The position numbers and the translations under genes were made by a program. From IMG/VR virus record IMGVR_UViG_3300023235_000025: a stretch of 62,076 bases of DNA. One strand, 5' to 3'. Below, piece by piece: positions 55,366 to 62,076 of the stretch. Under the pieces are notes generated by a model that did not search any database, was not told where the DNA came from, and saw only the letters and a list, made by a program, of their open reading frames with translations. Source of the stretch: a virus. How positions within the stretch are numbered: position 1 is the stretch's first letter; every line of letters begins with the position of its first letter.

Positions 55366-55461
55366 CTTTTACCACTCATAAGGTATTAAAACCGATCCTG
55401 TAAAAACGGTTTGATTAAAGTGTTTAAAATCTTAAATTTACTTAACATTAAAAACAAGACC
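55366..55461 (+). promoter_or_regulatory. Upstream module U6 with candidate TTTG-N19-TAAATTTA promoter
   Basis: cTTTTACCACTCAT...AAACCGATCCTGTAAAAACGGTTTG, then a 19-nt spacer and TAAATTTA. Confidence 0.6.
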
Positions 55462-55722
55462 ATGACAAAGAAAGAATTAAACAGAGACATCAAAAGATTA
55501 GGAGCTGAAATTTACCGAATGAGCTTCGAGGATCAAGACAAGTATTTTGAATACCTAGACAAAGAAGCCAGAAAAGAATTTATTAGGCTTTTCTATTCGG
55601 ATCAAGATTTTGAATACATGAACCTTAACAGCGTTAAGTTAATGCTAAGGATGAATTTAAAAAACAGATTTATAGACCTTCACACGTTCGGTCTAATGAT
55701 TAATGAAAGAGATTTAATTTAA
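55462..55722 (+). CDS. Hypothetical protein
   Basis: ATG at 55462. The track start at 55411 is a TTG inside the module. Confidence 0.5.
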   Translation: MTKKELNRDIKRLGAEIYRMSFEDQDKYFEYLDKEARKEFIRLFYSDQDFEYMNLNSVKLMLRMNLKNRFIDLHTFGLMINERDLI

Positions 55723-55742
55723 ATATATAAAATACAAAAACC

Positions 55743-56633
55743 ATGAACACCTATTCAAAATATTGCCCTAATGTATTCGTCGCAAAATGTGACGAACAAC
55801 ACGAAAAAGGAAGTTTAATCACCATAACCACTAAATACGGCAAAGAGGTTGAAAATGAAATTTACAATTATATTGGAAAAACAAAAGACGGGTTCTTCCT
55901 GTATTCTGTAGTCAGGACAGACGGAACGACCGCACAAACTAGAGCTGAAGCGAAAGCGGCAAAATTACTTGGTTACTCCTCAAATGCTGAAAAAAGATCA
56001 AATAAACATTACGAAGCATCTAAAAAGAATTCGGGTTTCTTAGCCCTTGGAGAGCCTATAAAAATTGGGCACCATAGCGAAAGGAGACATAGAAAATTAA
56101 TAGAAGATAATTGGGATCAGTTGGGCAAAAGTGTAGCAGAGAGTGAAAAAGCAAAGGATTATGAAAGAAGGGCGGAATACTGGAAAGATAAAGCCAGTAT
56201 AATAAATTTATCAATGCCTGAAAGCTTAAATTATTTTGAATTCAAACTACAAGAGGCGAAGGATAAACACCAATTTTTGAAAGACAACCCAAAAGAAAGA
56301 AGGCATTCAATGTCTTTACAGTACGCAAATAAAGAGGTGAAAGAATTAGATAAAAAGGTTGAAACGGCTATTTATCTTTGGGGAGAAGAAGACGAAATAA
56401 AATTATTAAACGAAGAAAAAAGAGAAAAGGCAGAAGCAAACTACTGCAAAAGTAAAAAGAAAAAGGACGCAGTAAAGGATCATCTTGGTTTCTTCGCCTT
56501 TAATAATGACCAACTTAAGAAGGGATACGGAAAAATAAAACCAGAAATAGAAGACGGTGAAAAAGTGGTACACGTGGGCCACGGTTTATATATTCCAAAA
56601 TCCAGGTTAGACTCATTTTTAAAAACCCTTTAA
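55743..56633 (+). CDS. DUF3560-like protein
   Basis: GEPIKIGHHSERRHRKLIE...RRAEYWKDKA resembles the DUF3560 motif seen on plasmids and phages, from memory only. Confidence 0.5.
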   Translation: MNTYSKYCPNVFVAKCDEQHEKGSLITITTKYGKEVENEIYNYIGKTKDGFFLYSVVRTDGTTAQTRAEAKAAKLLGYSSNAEKRSNKHYEASKKNSGFLALGEPIKIGHHSERRHRKLIEDNWDQLGKSVAESEKAKDYERRAEYWKDKASIINLSMPESLNYFEFKLQEAKDKHQFLKDNPKERRHSMSLQYANKEVKELDKKVETAIYLWGEEDEIKLLNEEKREKAEANYCKSKKKKDAVKDHLGFFAFNNDQLKKGYGKIKPEIEDGEKVVHVGHGLYIPKSRLDSFLKTL

Positions 56634-56644
56634 AACAAACTAAA

Positions 56645-57160
56645 ATGAAACTACAACCATTAAATAAAACCGCTCTTTCTAGTCAATTGTATAATTTGAC
56701 AGGAAAATTTTTATCAGGTAGGGACTTTATCAGAAATGATGATGAAGTCATAGAAATAAGCACAGGGAAAAAATTCTATCTTCCAACACAAGAAGAGGAA
56801 GAGATTTTTAAAGCTGAGGAAGCCATCCGGCAAGAAGAGGAGAAAAAAGGAAAAAAACATAGACACGATAATAAAACCTATCCTTTTATTGATTATTTCA
56901 ACCATAAAAGATGGGTTACGGGACTTGATCACGCAAAAACAAAAGGATTTCCGAAAACAGAAATGTGTAAAGATTCTTATTGGCACTTTTTGGAATGCGT
57001 TCCACCAAAGAGAATGCATAAAGGTGCTTTTATATGTGGGGAGCCCTACACCCATAACGGACAAGGGGAAGCCATTTATTTGTGTGGAATTAAGGAAGGA
57101 AATAAATACTTTGCTAAGTACGGAACATTAAAACAATTTGATTCAAATAAACTATTTTAA
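56645..57160 (+). CDS. Hypothetical protein
   Basis: 171-aa ORF. Confidence 0.5.
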   Translation: MKLQPLNKTALSSQLYNLTGKFLSGRDFIRNDDEVIEISTGKKFYLPTQEEEEIFKAEEAIRQEEEKKGKKHRHDNKTYPFIDYFNHKRWVTGLDHAKTKGFPKTEMCKDSYWHFLECVPPKRMHKGAFICGEPYTHNGQGEAIYLCGIKEGNKYFAKYGTLKQFDSNKLF

Positions 57161-57164
57161 AACT

Positions 57165-57890
57165 ATGAAATACTCATTGAGACAAGATTTAGAAGCCTTA
57201 TCAATAGAAGGAAACAAAGCGTTTTTACCAAAAGAACCTTTAAGCGATTACGCAGAGTTAAAAAAAGCACTAACAAAGGCATGTGGTAAATACAAAAGCA
57301 ATTCATTTGAATTTCCCTATCCTGCAAAAGCAGTAATTGAATCGCTGAAAACCGGAAAAGTGATTGATTTCAAAAAAGAATTTCAATTATTTCATACAGA
57401 CAAGCCAGTAGCGGGGCAAATGATGAATGAAATTATCGGATACCCGAAAACCATATTAGAACCAAGCGCAGGACATGGGCACTTAATTGATGAATTAATA
57501 GCAGTATATCCCGATTCAAAAATTGATGCCGTGGATCTTTCAGAGTTAAATTTCTCGATTCTTAAAGATAAATACAAGGACAATCCAAATATAAACCTGA
57601 TACATGGCGACTACCTGGATTTTGTGCCCGGTAAAAAATATGATTTAATTTTTGCTAACCCTCCATTTAGTAAAAATCAAGACATAGACCATGTTTTAAA
57701 AATGGTTTCTGAAAAAGAGGATCAAGGGCAAATAATATCTATAATGTCTACATCCTGGACGTTTGGAAATCAAAAAAAGCAGGTGGAATTTAGGGAATTC
57801 GCAGAGGAAAATTTCATAATACGAACCAATGAAAACGGGGCGTTTAAATCTTCTGGTACAATGGTCAGTACTGTTTTAATAACAGGTTAA
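57165..57890 (+). CDS. N6-adenine DNA methyltransferase, gamma-class
   Basis: Motif I ILEPSAGHGHL precedes motif IV IFANPPFS. ATG at 57165, after the upstream stop. Confidence 0.85.
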   Translation: MKYSLRQDLEALSIEGNKAFLPKEPLSDYAELKKALTKACGKYKSNSFEFPYPAKAVIESLKTGKVIDFKKEFQLFHTDKPVAGQMMNEIIGYPKTILEPSAGHGHLIDELIAVYPDSKIDAVDLSELNFSILKDKYKDNPNINLIHGDYLDFVPGKKYDLIFANPPFSKNQDIDHVLKMVSEKEDQGQIISIMSTSWTFGNQKKQVEFREFAEENFIIRTNENGAFKSSGTMVSTVLITG

Positions 57891-57982
57891 TTCACAAACT
57901 CCCTACGGTATAACCGTGGTATTTGATTACAATAGGGAGCAAAGCCATATTTGGCCTGAACTAAAATTTAAACAAAACAACC

Positions 57983-58123
57983 ATGAAAAAGCTAATCATT
58001 ATTACATTGTTCATTTATGTCCTAATCATAGGGATGATATTTAAAATCGGGGACATAGGGATAAGTAACCCATACCTAGAAGAACATAGTTTTGTTCAGG
58101 AATTTACAAATCTTCTAAAGTAG
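57983..58123 (+). CDS. Small membrane protein (46 aa)
   Basis: MKKLIIITLFIYVLIIGMIF... Confidence 0.35.
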   Translation: MKKLIIITLFIYVLIIGMIFKIGDIGISNPYLEEHSFVQEFTNLLK

Positions 58124-58225
58124 TCCATCACCTTAATTTACCAATCATGTAAATATAGTTTGTTTAAAATGCTAAATAGACTATATTTATTAAACAAAGA
58201 AAGAGAGATTTAAACCAAAGAAATC

Positions 58226-58366
58226 ATGCAAATTACATTTGAAATTAAAGAAAAAATAAGATCTAAACTTATTCGAAGGGCAAACATTGAACTGGACAAT
58301 ACTTCAGTAAACTACAAAAATATATCTTTTATCTGTCAGGCAATCCAAATGCTAAACGAAAAATAA
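58226..58366 (+). CDS. Small hypothetical protein (46 aa)
   Basis: ORF below the track cutoff. It ends 2 nt before the next ATG. Confidence 0.35.
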   Translation: MQITFEIKEKIRSKLIRRANIELDNTSVNYKNISFICQAIQMLNEK

Positions 58367-58368
58367 CC

Positions 58369-58611
58369 ATGAAAACTCAAATAGAAGTGCTAAAAGAGTG
58401 GAGTAAAAAACTTGCTCCATGGATTGAAAAGGTGAATAATTTAGGGTTTAAAAGCTCGTTACACATGTCGCAGCAGGGAGAAAACAGTTGGTTCATCTCG
58501 TTTATTGTTGTGACCGAATCAGCAACACCAAGGGGGCTGTACTTCAAAGACCAAGAAGGTTTTGAAAAGGCAGGAAAAGAGTTAAATCAGTTTTTATTGG
58601 AAAATAGGTAA
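58369..58611 (+). CDS. Hypothetical protein
   Basis: 80-aa ORF. Confidence 0.5.
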   Translation: MKTQIEVLKEWSKKLAPWIEKVNNLGFKSSLHMSQQGENSWFISFIVVTESATPRGLYFKDQEGFEKAGKELNQFLLENR

Positions 58612-58787
58612 CGTTTTGCGTATACGAGAAGTGGAACTTATGCGAAACTGAAATACGTAAGTTAATCAAAGAGCGGTGGCAAAAAATAAAAACTTCTAAC
58701 GAAAATATTGATACGAAGAAGTAATGTAGCATTTGCCGATAAAGATGAAGCTAAACGCCTGTACTTGTATGGCGTTTTAGCGTGTGT

Positions 58788-58805
58788 TGTAGGTAGTTAA
58801 CCTAC
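58788..58805. repeat. Adjacent right-type and left-type cassette motifs forming a hairpin
   Basis: ttGTAGGTAgTTAACCTAC gives GTAGGT/ACCTAC arms and resembles GTAGGTAAC plus GTTACCTAC with no gene between them. Confidence 0.6.
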
Positions 58806-58826
58806 GGATTTATAAACTTAAAAATT

Positions 58827-59045
58827 ATGAGTATAAAAAACGCAAAACCAGCAGATAGTTACGAAGGATTGAAAACTCAATTTTTTGCTCTTAAAAGACT
58901 TTTGCAATCAAAAGAGGTTGAAGTTGATGTTTACCGAAAAAGAATTAAAGAATTTAGAGTTGAGCGAATAATTGAGTTGGAAGCAGAATTGGAATCTCAA
59001 AAAGAAATGAATTCTATTTTAACCGAAGAACTTGAATTAAGGTAG
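58827..59045 (+). CDS. Hypothetical coiled-coil protein
   Basis: 72-aa ORF. Confidence 0.5.
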   Translation: MSIKNAKPADSYEGLKTQFFALKRLLQSKEVEVDVYRKRIKEFRVERIIELEAELESQKEMNSILTEELELR

Positions 59046-59140
59046 AAAGGTTAGTGTATTGAGGTTGATTGAAAAAAGGGATGTTCATAGATTAGCAGCA
59101 TTTGCAGGGTGGGGAACAGCAACATTGATGTGTTTTTTAA

Positions 59141-59521
59141 ATGCCCTATAAAGAAAAAGCCATGAAGCGTATGAGGAACGAATATGATTTTATAGCGGAT
59201 GTTGGCGGTATGTTGCGGTTCATTACCGCACTTCGTCAAACTGATCACTATATTGAAATGATCTACTTGAATGGAGCTTGCTATCAACTGCACTTGCTTT
59301 TGAAAAAGTATGTCGATTGCGATCCTCTAATCAATACCGAAAAGAATCACGTAGTAACCCAATTTAAAGGAAAGCTATTCGATATTACAGGAGAAGTAAA
59401 AGGCGAGTATCTGCCAATGACTGAAAAGGATATTGAAATAGCAAGCGGATGGAGCTTTCACAAAACCAAAATGATACAGATTGGTGAGTGTCAAGTTTGT
59501 GAAGAACCAATACTGGCGTAG
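59141..59521 (+). CDS. Hypothetical protein
   Basis: 126-aa ORF. Confidence 0.5.
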   Translation: MPYKEKAMKRMRNEYDFIADVGGMLRFITALRQTDHYIEMIYLNGACYQLHLLLKKYVDCDPLINTEKNHVVTQFKGKLFDITGEVKGEYLPMTEKDIEIASGWSFHKTKMIQIGECQVCEEPILA

Positions 59522-59657
59522 CAATTACCTCCAACGGTTTGGCTATGGTGCTGTGTTTTTGTTTTTCACAAAAATATGCACTATGATCCGTTGTTACCTG
59601 CTTTGTTTTATTTTTTTAGGGAGGGTTTTATTTATTTTAATATTTTTTACTTAAACG

Positions 59658-59689
59658 ATTGCAATTGTAATACAAATGATATATCTTTG
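59658..59689 (+). promoter_or_regulatory. Candidate promoter ATTG-N20-TATCTTTG
   Basis: Exact TAnnTTTG at 59682-59689, 36 nt upstream of ATG 59726. Confidence 0.5.
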
Positions 59690-59725
59690 TTGGGTGATTA
59701 ATTTATAAACTTAAAGAAAAATACA

Positions 59726-60160
59726 ATGAAAACTTTTAAATTATCAATTGCAGATATTGAAATAGACGTTGACAAGAATAATGTTGTTACAAGGATAGAC
59801 GACAAAGATTTTGTGAATGAGTATTTTGATATTAAATTATCAGATAATATTTTTGATGATTTAAGTAAAGACCCGATGATGTTACCTTTTTATTTAAACA
59901 ACCTAATATATCATTTAGGCAGAACTTTACCAGAAAATAATGATGAGTTTGAAGATGGTGTAAGAAAAGAGTGGAATAAATGGCTAACTGAAGATATTTT
60001 GATTGGCAACCAATTGTCTTTTTATGAATTTGGAAACAAAATGTTTGCTCATGACATGAAAGATTACTACGGCAAATTAAGAGCGAATGGAGATTTATTC
60101 CAGAGAAGATACGATTTTTCTTTACCTGATGTAACAATAACTTTTAAAGACCAAAACTAA
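59726..60160 (+). CDS. Hypothetical protein
   Basis: 144-aa ORF. Confidence 0.5.
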   Translation: MKTFKLSIADIEIDVDKNNVVTRIDDKDFVNEYFDIKLSDNIFDDLSKDPMMLPFYLNNLIYHLGRTLPENNDEFEDGVRKEWNKWLTEDILIGNQLSFYEFGNKMFAHDMKDYYGKLRANGDLFQRRYDFSLPDVTITFKDQN

Positions 60161-60318
60161 TGAGTAAAATATTATTCCCGATACGAGGCGAAAAGGAATT
60201 AAAAGAAGCCTTAGAAGAAGAAGCAAAGAAAGACGGGCGTGGATTCTCTGGATATTGCAGAAAAGTGTTATCTGACCATATTGCTTTGAAAAACCAAAAG
60301 AGCGTGGGCAAAAATTAA
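60160..60318 (+). CDS. Small ribbon-helix-helix-like protein (52 aa)
   Basis: MSKILFPIRGEKELKEALEEEAKKDGRGFSGYCRKVLSDHI, a CopG-like pattern. The start overlaps the upstream stop. Confidence 0.45.
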   Translation: MSKILFPIRGEKELKEALEEEAKKDGRGFSGYCRKVLSDHIALKNQKSVGKN

Positions 60319-60534
60319 TAAAATATTGTGCCTAACGTCCGACAGCTTGTAGGAGTGGCTGTAATTTAAACACTCCTTTTATTTCAATCGCTGATAAGCC
60401 ATTCTTACAAGGTGGTGTTATCAGATGGTTTATATAATTTTGATTCTCATGAATTACGATATTTTAAAAACCAAAACAATTGGGAATAGTGAAAAATGCT
60501 TTTACTGCGGTATTAATAGATAAATAACAATAAA

Positions 60535-60726
60535 ATGAAAAAGTACTTTAGAAAAGAAAAACCAACACAAGACCAAATAATTGTATTTAAAGCATCAAAG
60601 GCTTTTTATCCTGAAATTGGTGTATTTCAAATGTTTGATAATGGAACAGAAGAAGTTTATATACCTGCAAATGATGACACAGAACCACTAATAAATATAG
60701 AATGGTGGAGTGAAGTACCAATGTAG
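60535..60726 (+). CDS. Hypothetical protein
   Basis: 63-aa ORF. Confidence 0.45.
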   Translation: MKKYFRKEKPTQDQIIVFKASKAFYPEIGVFQMFDNGTEEVYIPANDDTEPLINIEWWSEVPM

Positions 60727-60734
60727 CATTACAC

Positions 60735-60814
60735 ACAACTCGTTTATTAACGTATTACGCTTTTTCACACCTAAAAAAATCATTTTTAAATTTCAATAGA
60801 AAATATCAATGATA
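60735..60814 (+). repeat. 80-bp exact direct repeat, copy B
   Basis: Identical to 8968-9047. Confidence 0.95.
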
Positions 60815-61072
60815 AGAATAGTCCACGATAACGACAAAGGCCAGAGAATAGAATTCTGGATTGACCAAAGTAATGGCGATCTAGTGATTAATGGCCAAGA
60901 TGAAACGATTACCATTCCAAGATTTGAAGGGAATGAGATCCTTGATAAGTTGGATGGGTTGAGGAGAAAGTACATAGTAAATAACTCACCCCACAAGTTC
61001 GAAAGCTTTGAATATAGATGGCAGCTAATGAAGCTCAGGGTAAATGAGCGAATTGAAAAAATGAAACGATAA
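60809..61072 (+). CDS. Hypothetical protein
   Basis: 87-aa ORF. Its first two codons lie inside the 80-bp repeat. Confidence 0.5.
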   Translation: MIRIVHDNDKGQRIEFWIDQSNGDLVINGQDETITIPRFEGNEILDKLDGLRRKYIVNNSPHKFESFEYRWQLMKLRVNERIEKMKR

Positions 61073-61083
61073 CCCATATAAAA

Positions 61084-61296
61084 ATGATATACCAAGTAAT
61101 TGATTTGCTAGACGGAGAAATAGTGTTTGAAGGGAAGACAAAAGAGTGTATTAACTATGTTCTAAATCACGGACCTAGTTACGATATAATTCCAAAGATA
61201 GTTCCAGACGCTACAATAGGGGTTGAAAGGAGTTTTGCGGCCTGTATGCTACTTGGTATATTGTTTTGGGTACTAATCTTTAAACTAATATTCTAA
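61084..61296 (+). CDS. Hypothetical protein with C-terminal TM helix
   Basis: The 70-aa ORF ends in AACMLLGILFWVLIFKLIF. Confidence 0.45.
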   Translation: MIYQVIDLLDGEIVFEGKTKECINYVLNHGPSYDIIPKIVPDATIGVERSFAACMLLGILFWVLIFKLIF

Positions 61297-61511
61297 TGAT
61301 TACAAAGAAGGAAATAAAAGAATCAGAATTCGATAATATCAATGGGATATTTGAATACATCATCGAAAAGGTGATTTGTAAGAAAGAGGCTGAAGCCAGA
61401 GAGCTTATTGCTAAAATGTCAAAGAGGCAGTTGTCGTGGTTTATGATTTACCTGGAGGATTGCCCTTTTCATGGTGATTACATTAACATTGCTAAAAGAC
61501 TGGCTAAATGA
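61296..61511 (+). CDS. Hypothetical protein
   Basis: 71-aa ORF. Confidence 0.5.
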   Translation: MITKKEIKESEFDNINGIFEYIIEKVICKKEAEARELIAKMSKRQLSWFMIYLEDCPFHGDYINIAKRLAK

Positions 61512-61627
61512 AATTTAAAGACAGCTTTTTCTATGTAATTATTAAGGCGATAATTACATTAGTCATCATTTACGGGTGCTGGTGGACTTTCATTAATGCG
61601 CTTCTTTGGATTCTTAAAACAACTTAA
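61508..61627 (+). CDS. Tiny membrane ORF (39 aa)
   Basis: MKFKDSFFYVIIKAIITLVIIYGCWWTFINALLWILKTT. ATGA overlap with the upstream gene. Contains the palindrome copy. Confidence 0.3.
   Translation: MKFKDSFFYVIIKAIITLVIIYGCWWTFINALLWILKTT
61531..61561. repeat. Second copy of the ATGTAATTAT...ATAATTACAT palindrome
   Basis: ctatgtaattatt and ataattacatta are shared with 51519-51549. Lies inside a 39-codon ORF. Confidence 0.8.
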
Positions 61628-61637
61628 GCCAAAAATC

Positions 61638-61778
61638 ATGATAGAGAAAATATTTAAATACGAGCTGAACATTAAAGAAAAACAGAGCTTAAAACTTCCT
61701 GTAGGAGCAAAAATACTCAGGGTTGATGACGTTGACGGTAGATTTTATTTATGGGCAAAAGCGAATATCAAATATTAA
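61638..61778 (+). CDS. Short ORF resembling the N-terminal half of a longer conserved phage protein
   Basis: MIEKIFKYELNIKEKQSLKLPVGAKILRVDDVDGRFYLWAKANIKY*. The family normally continues for about 50 more residues, from memory only. Confidence 0.4.
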   Translation: MIEKIFKYELNIKEKQSLKLPVGAKILRVDDVDGRFYLWAKANIKY

Positions 61779-61825
61779 AAGAAGAGGTTGTGGTATTACT
61801 AGCAAAATATTGTGGCTAACGGCAA

Positions 61826-61897
61826 GAATAAGGCAATGTAGCCCGCCTGACAAGTGGCTATGAAACACAACGCTGATTCGGGCTATTTGCTTTATTC
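61826..61897 (+). other. Long imperfect hairpin (11 + 7 bp stems)
   Basis: GAATAAGGCAA pairs with TTGCTTTATTC, and TAGCCCG pairs with CGGGCTA, enclosing a 33-nt loop. Confidence 0.7.
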
Positions 61898-61921
61898 AGT
61901 GTTGGCATTTCGTTTTAAGTA

Positions 61922-62076
61922 ATGGCACAAGACACAAGAAATTTAAAATTATCAAACGTAAAATCAGTTGAAAATATATCTGACGAGTGGGTTGATTTGT
62001 GGCAACAAGTTGAGTTATGGTATGGAGACATTCAGAAAAAAGAGACTGGACAGCAGCTATTGGAAAGGCTTCAATC
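61922..62076 (+). CDS. 5' part of the wrap-around 61-aa hypothetical ORF
   Basis: ATG at 61922. Continues in frame into 1..158. Confidence 0.5.
   Translation, partial: MAQDTRNLKLSNVKSVENISDEWVDLWQQVELWYGDIQKKETGQQLLERLQ
61950..62076. repeat. Terminal overlap, identical to 1-127
   Basis: Same comparison as for 1-127. Confidence 0.95.

Noticed and set aside
51610-55461. CRISPR array, because of regularly recurring conserved ~40-nt boxes
   Set aside because: Spacing is irregular (0.3-1.2 kb). The intervening DNA holds ORFs with start codons at fixed distance and terminators. The repeats are imperfect and mosaic, and no cas genes are present.
56714-57131. ORFs 56714..57064 (-) and 56889..57131 (+) overlapping ORF 56645..57160
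   Set aside because: They are shadow or alternative-frame ORFs in an AT-rich gene, with no motifs. The operon reading frame 56645..57160 abuts its neighbours precisely.
1-62076. tRNA, tmRNA or rRNA genes
   Set aside because: I scanned the longer non-coding stretches (445-579, 8280-8450, 10215-10395, 51330-52132, 58612-58826, 59522-59725, 60319-60534, 61779-61921). None has a GTTCRANYC T-loop with matching acceptor and D arms.

Overview
The window is a complete AT-rich (roughly 35% GC by eye) tailed-phage genome. Bases 1-127 are identical to 61950-62076, so the unique length is 61,949 bp, and one ORF reads across the junction. Transcription has two arms. A minus-strand morphogenesis and lysis block spans 12.37-41.37 kb: large terminase, portal, scaffold, major capsid, fibre-like proteins, large virion proteins including a 2183-aa giant, and an amidase endolysin. 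A plus-strand arm starts at the divergent promoter region near 41.4 kb and runs through the contig junction to 12.37 kb. It carries replication genes (an initiator with internal iterons, DnaB, SSB), recombination genes (a candidate annealing protein, a PD-(D/E)XK exonuclease, a Vsr-like nuclease), a tyrosine integrase, five methyltransferase-related genes and many small ORFs. Several good matches to the Bacteroidota promoter consensus (TTTG-N19-TAnnTTTG) suggest a Flavobacteriia/Bacteroidota host; this is inference. No tRNA, rRNA or CRISPR array was found. The main second-look items are these. (1) The C5-methyltransferase gene keeps two protein-like reading frames open over 861 nt. (2) Both full-length orphan methyltransferase genes are bracketed by the same 15-bp inverted repeat, with a compensatory base change between the two copies. 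(3) Small genes at 51.6-55.5 kb are each preceded by a mosaic conserved regulatory module and mostly followed by intrinsic terminators. (4) Four palindromic iterons plus an AT-rich tract lie inside the replication-initiator gene. (5) A conserved gene is split by a frameshift at an A10 run. (6) An exact 80-bp repeat includes start codons. Functional calls rest on motifs I recognised by eye; no database search was run.
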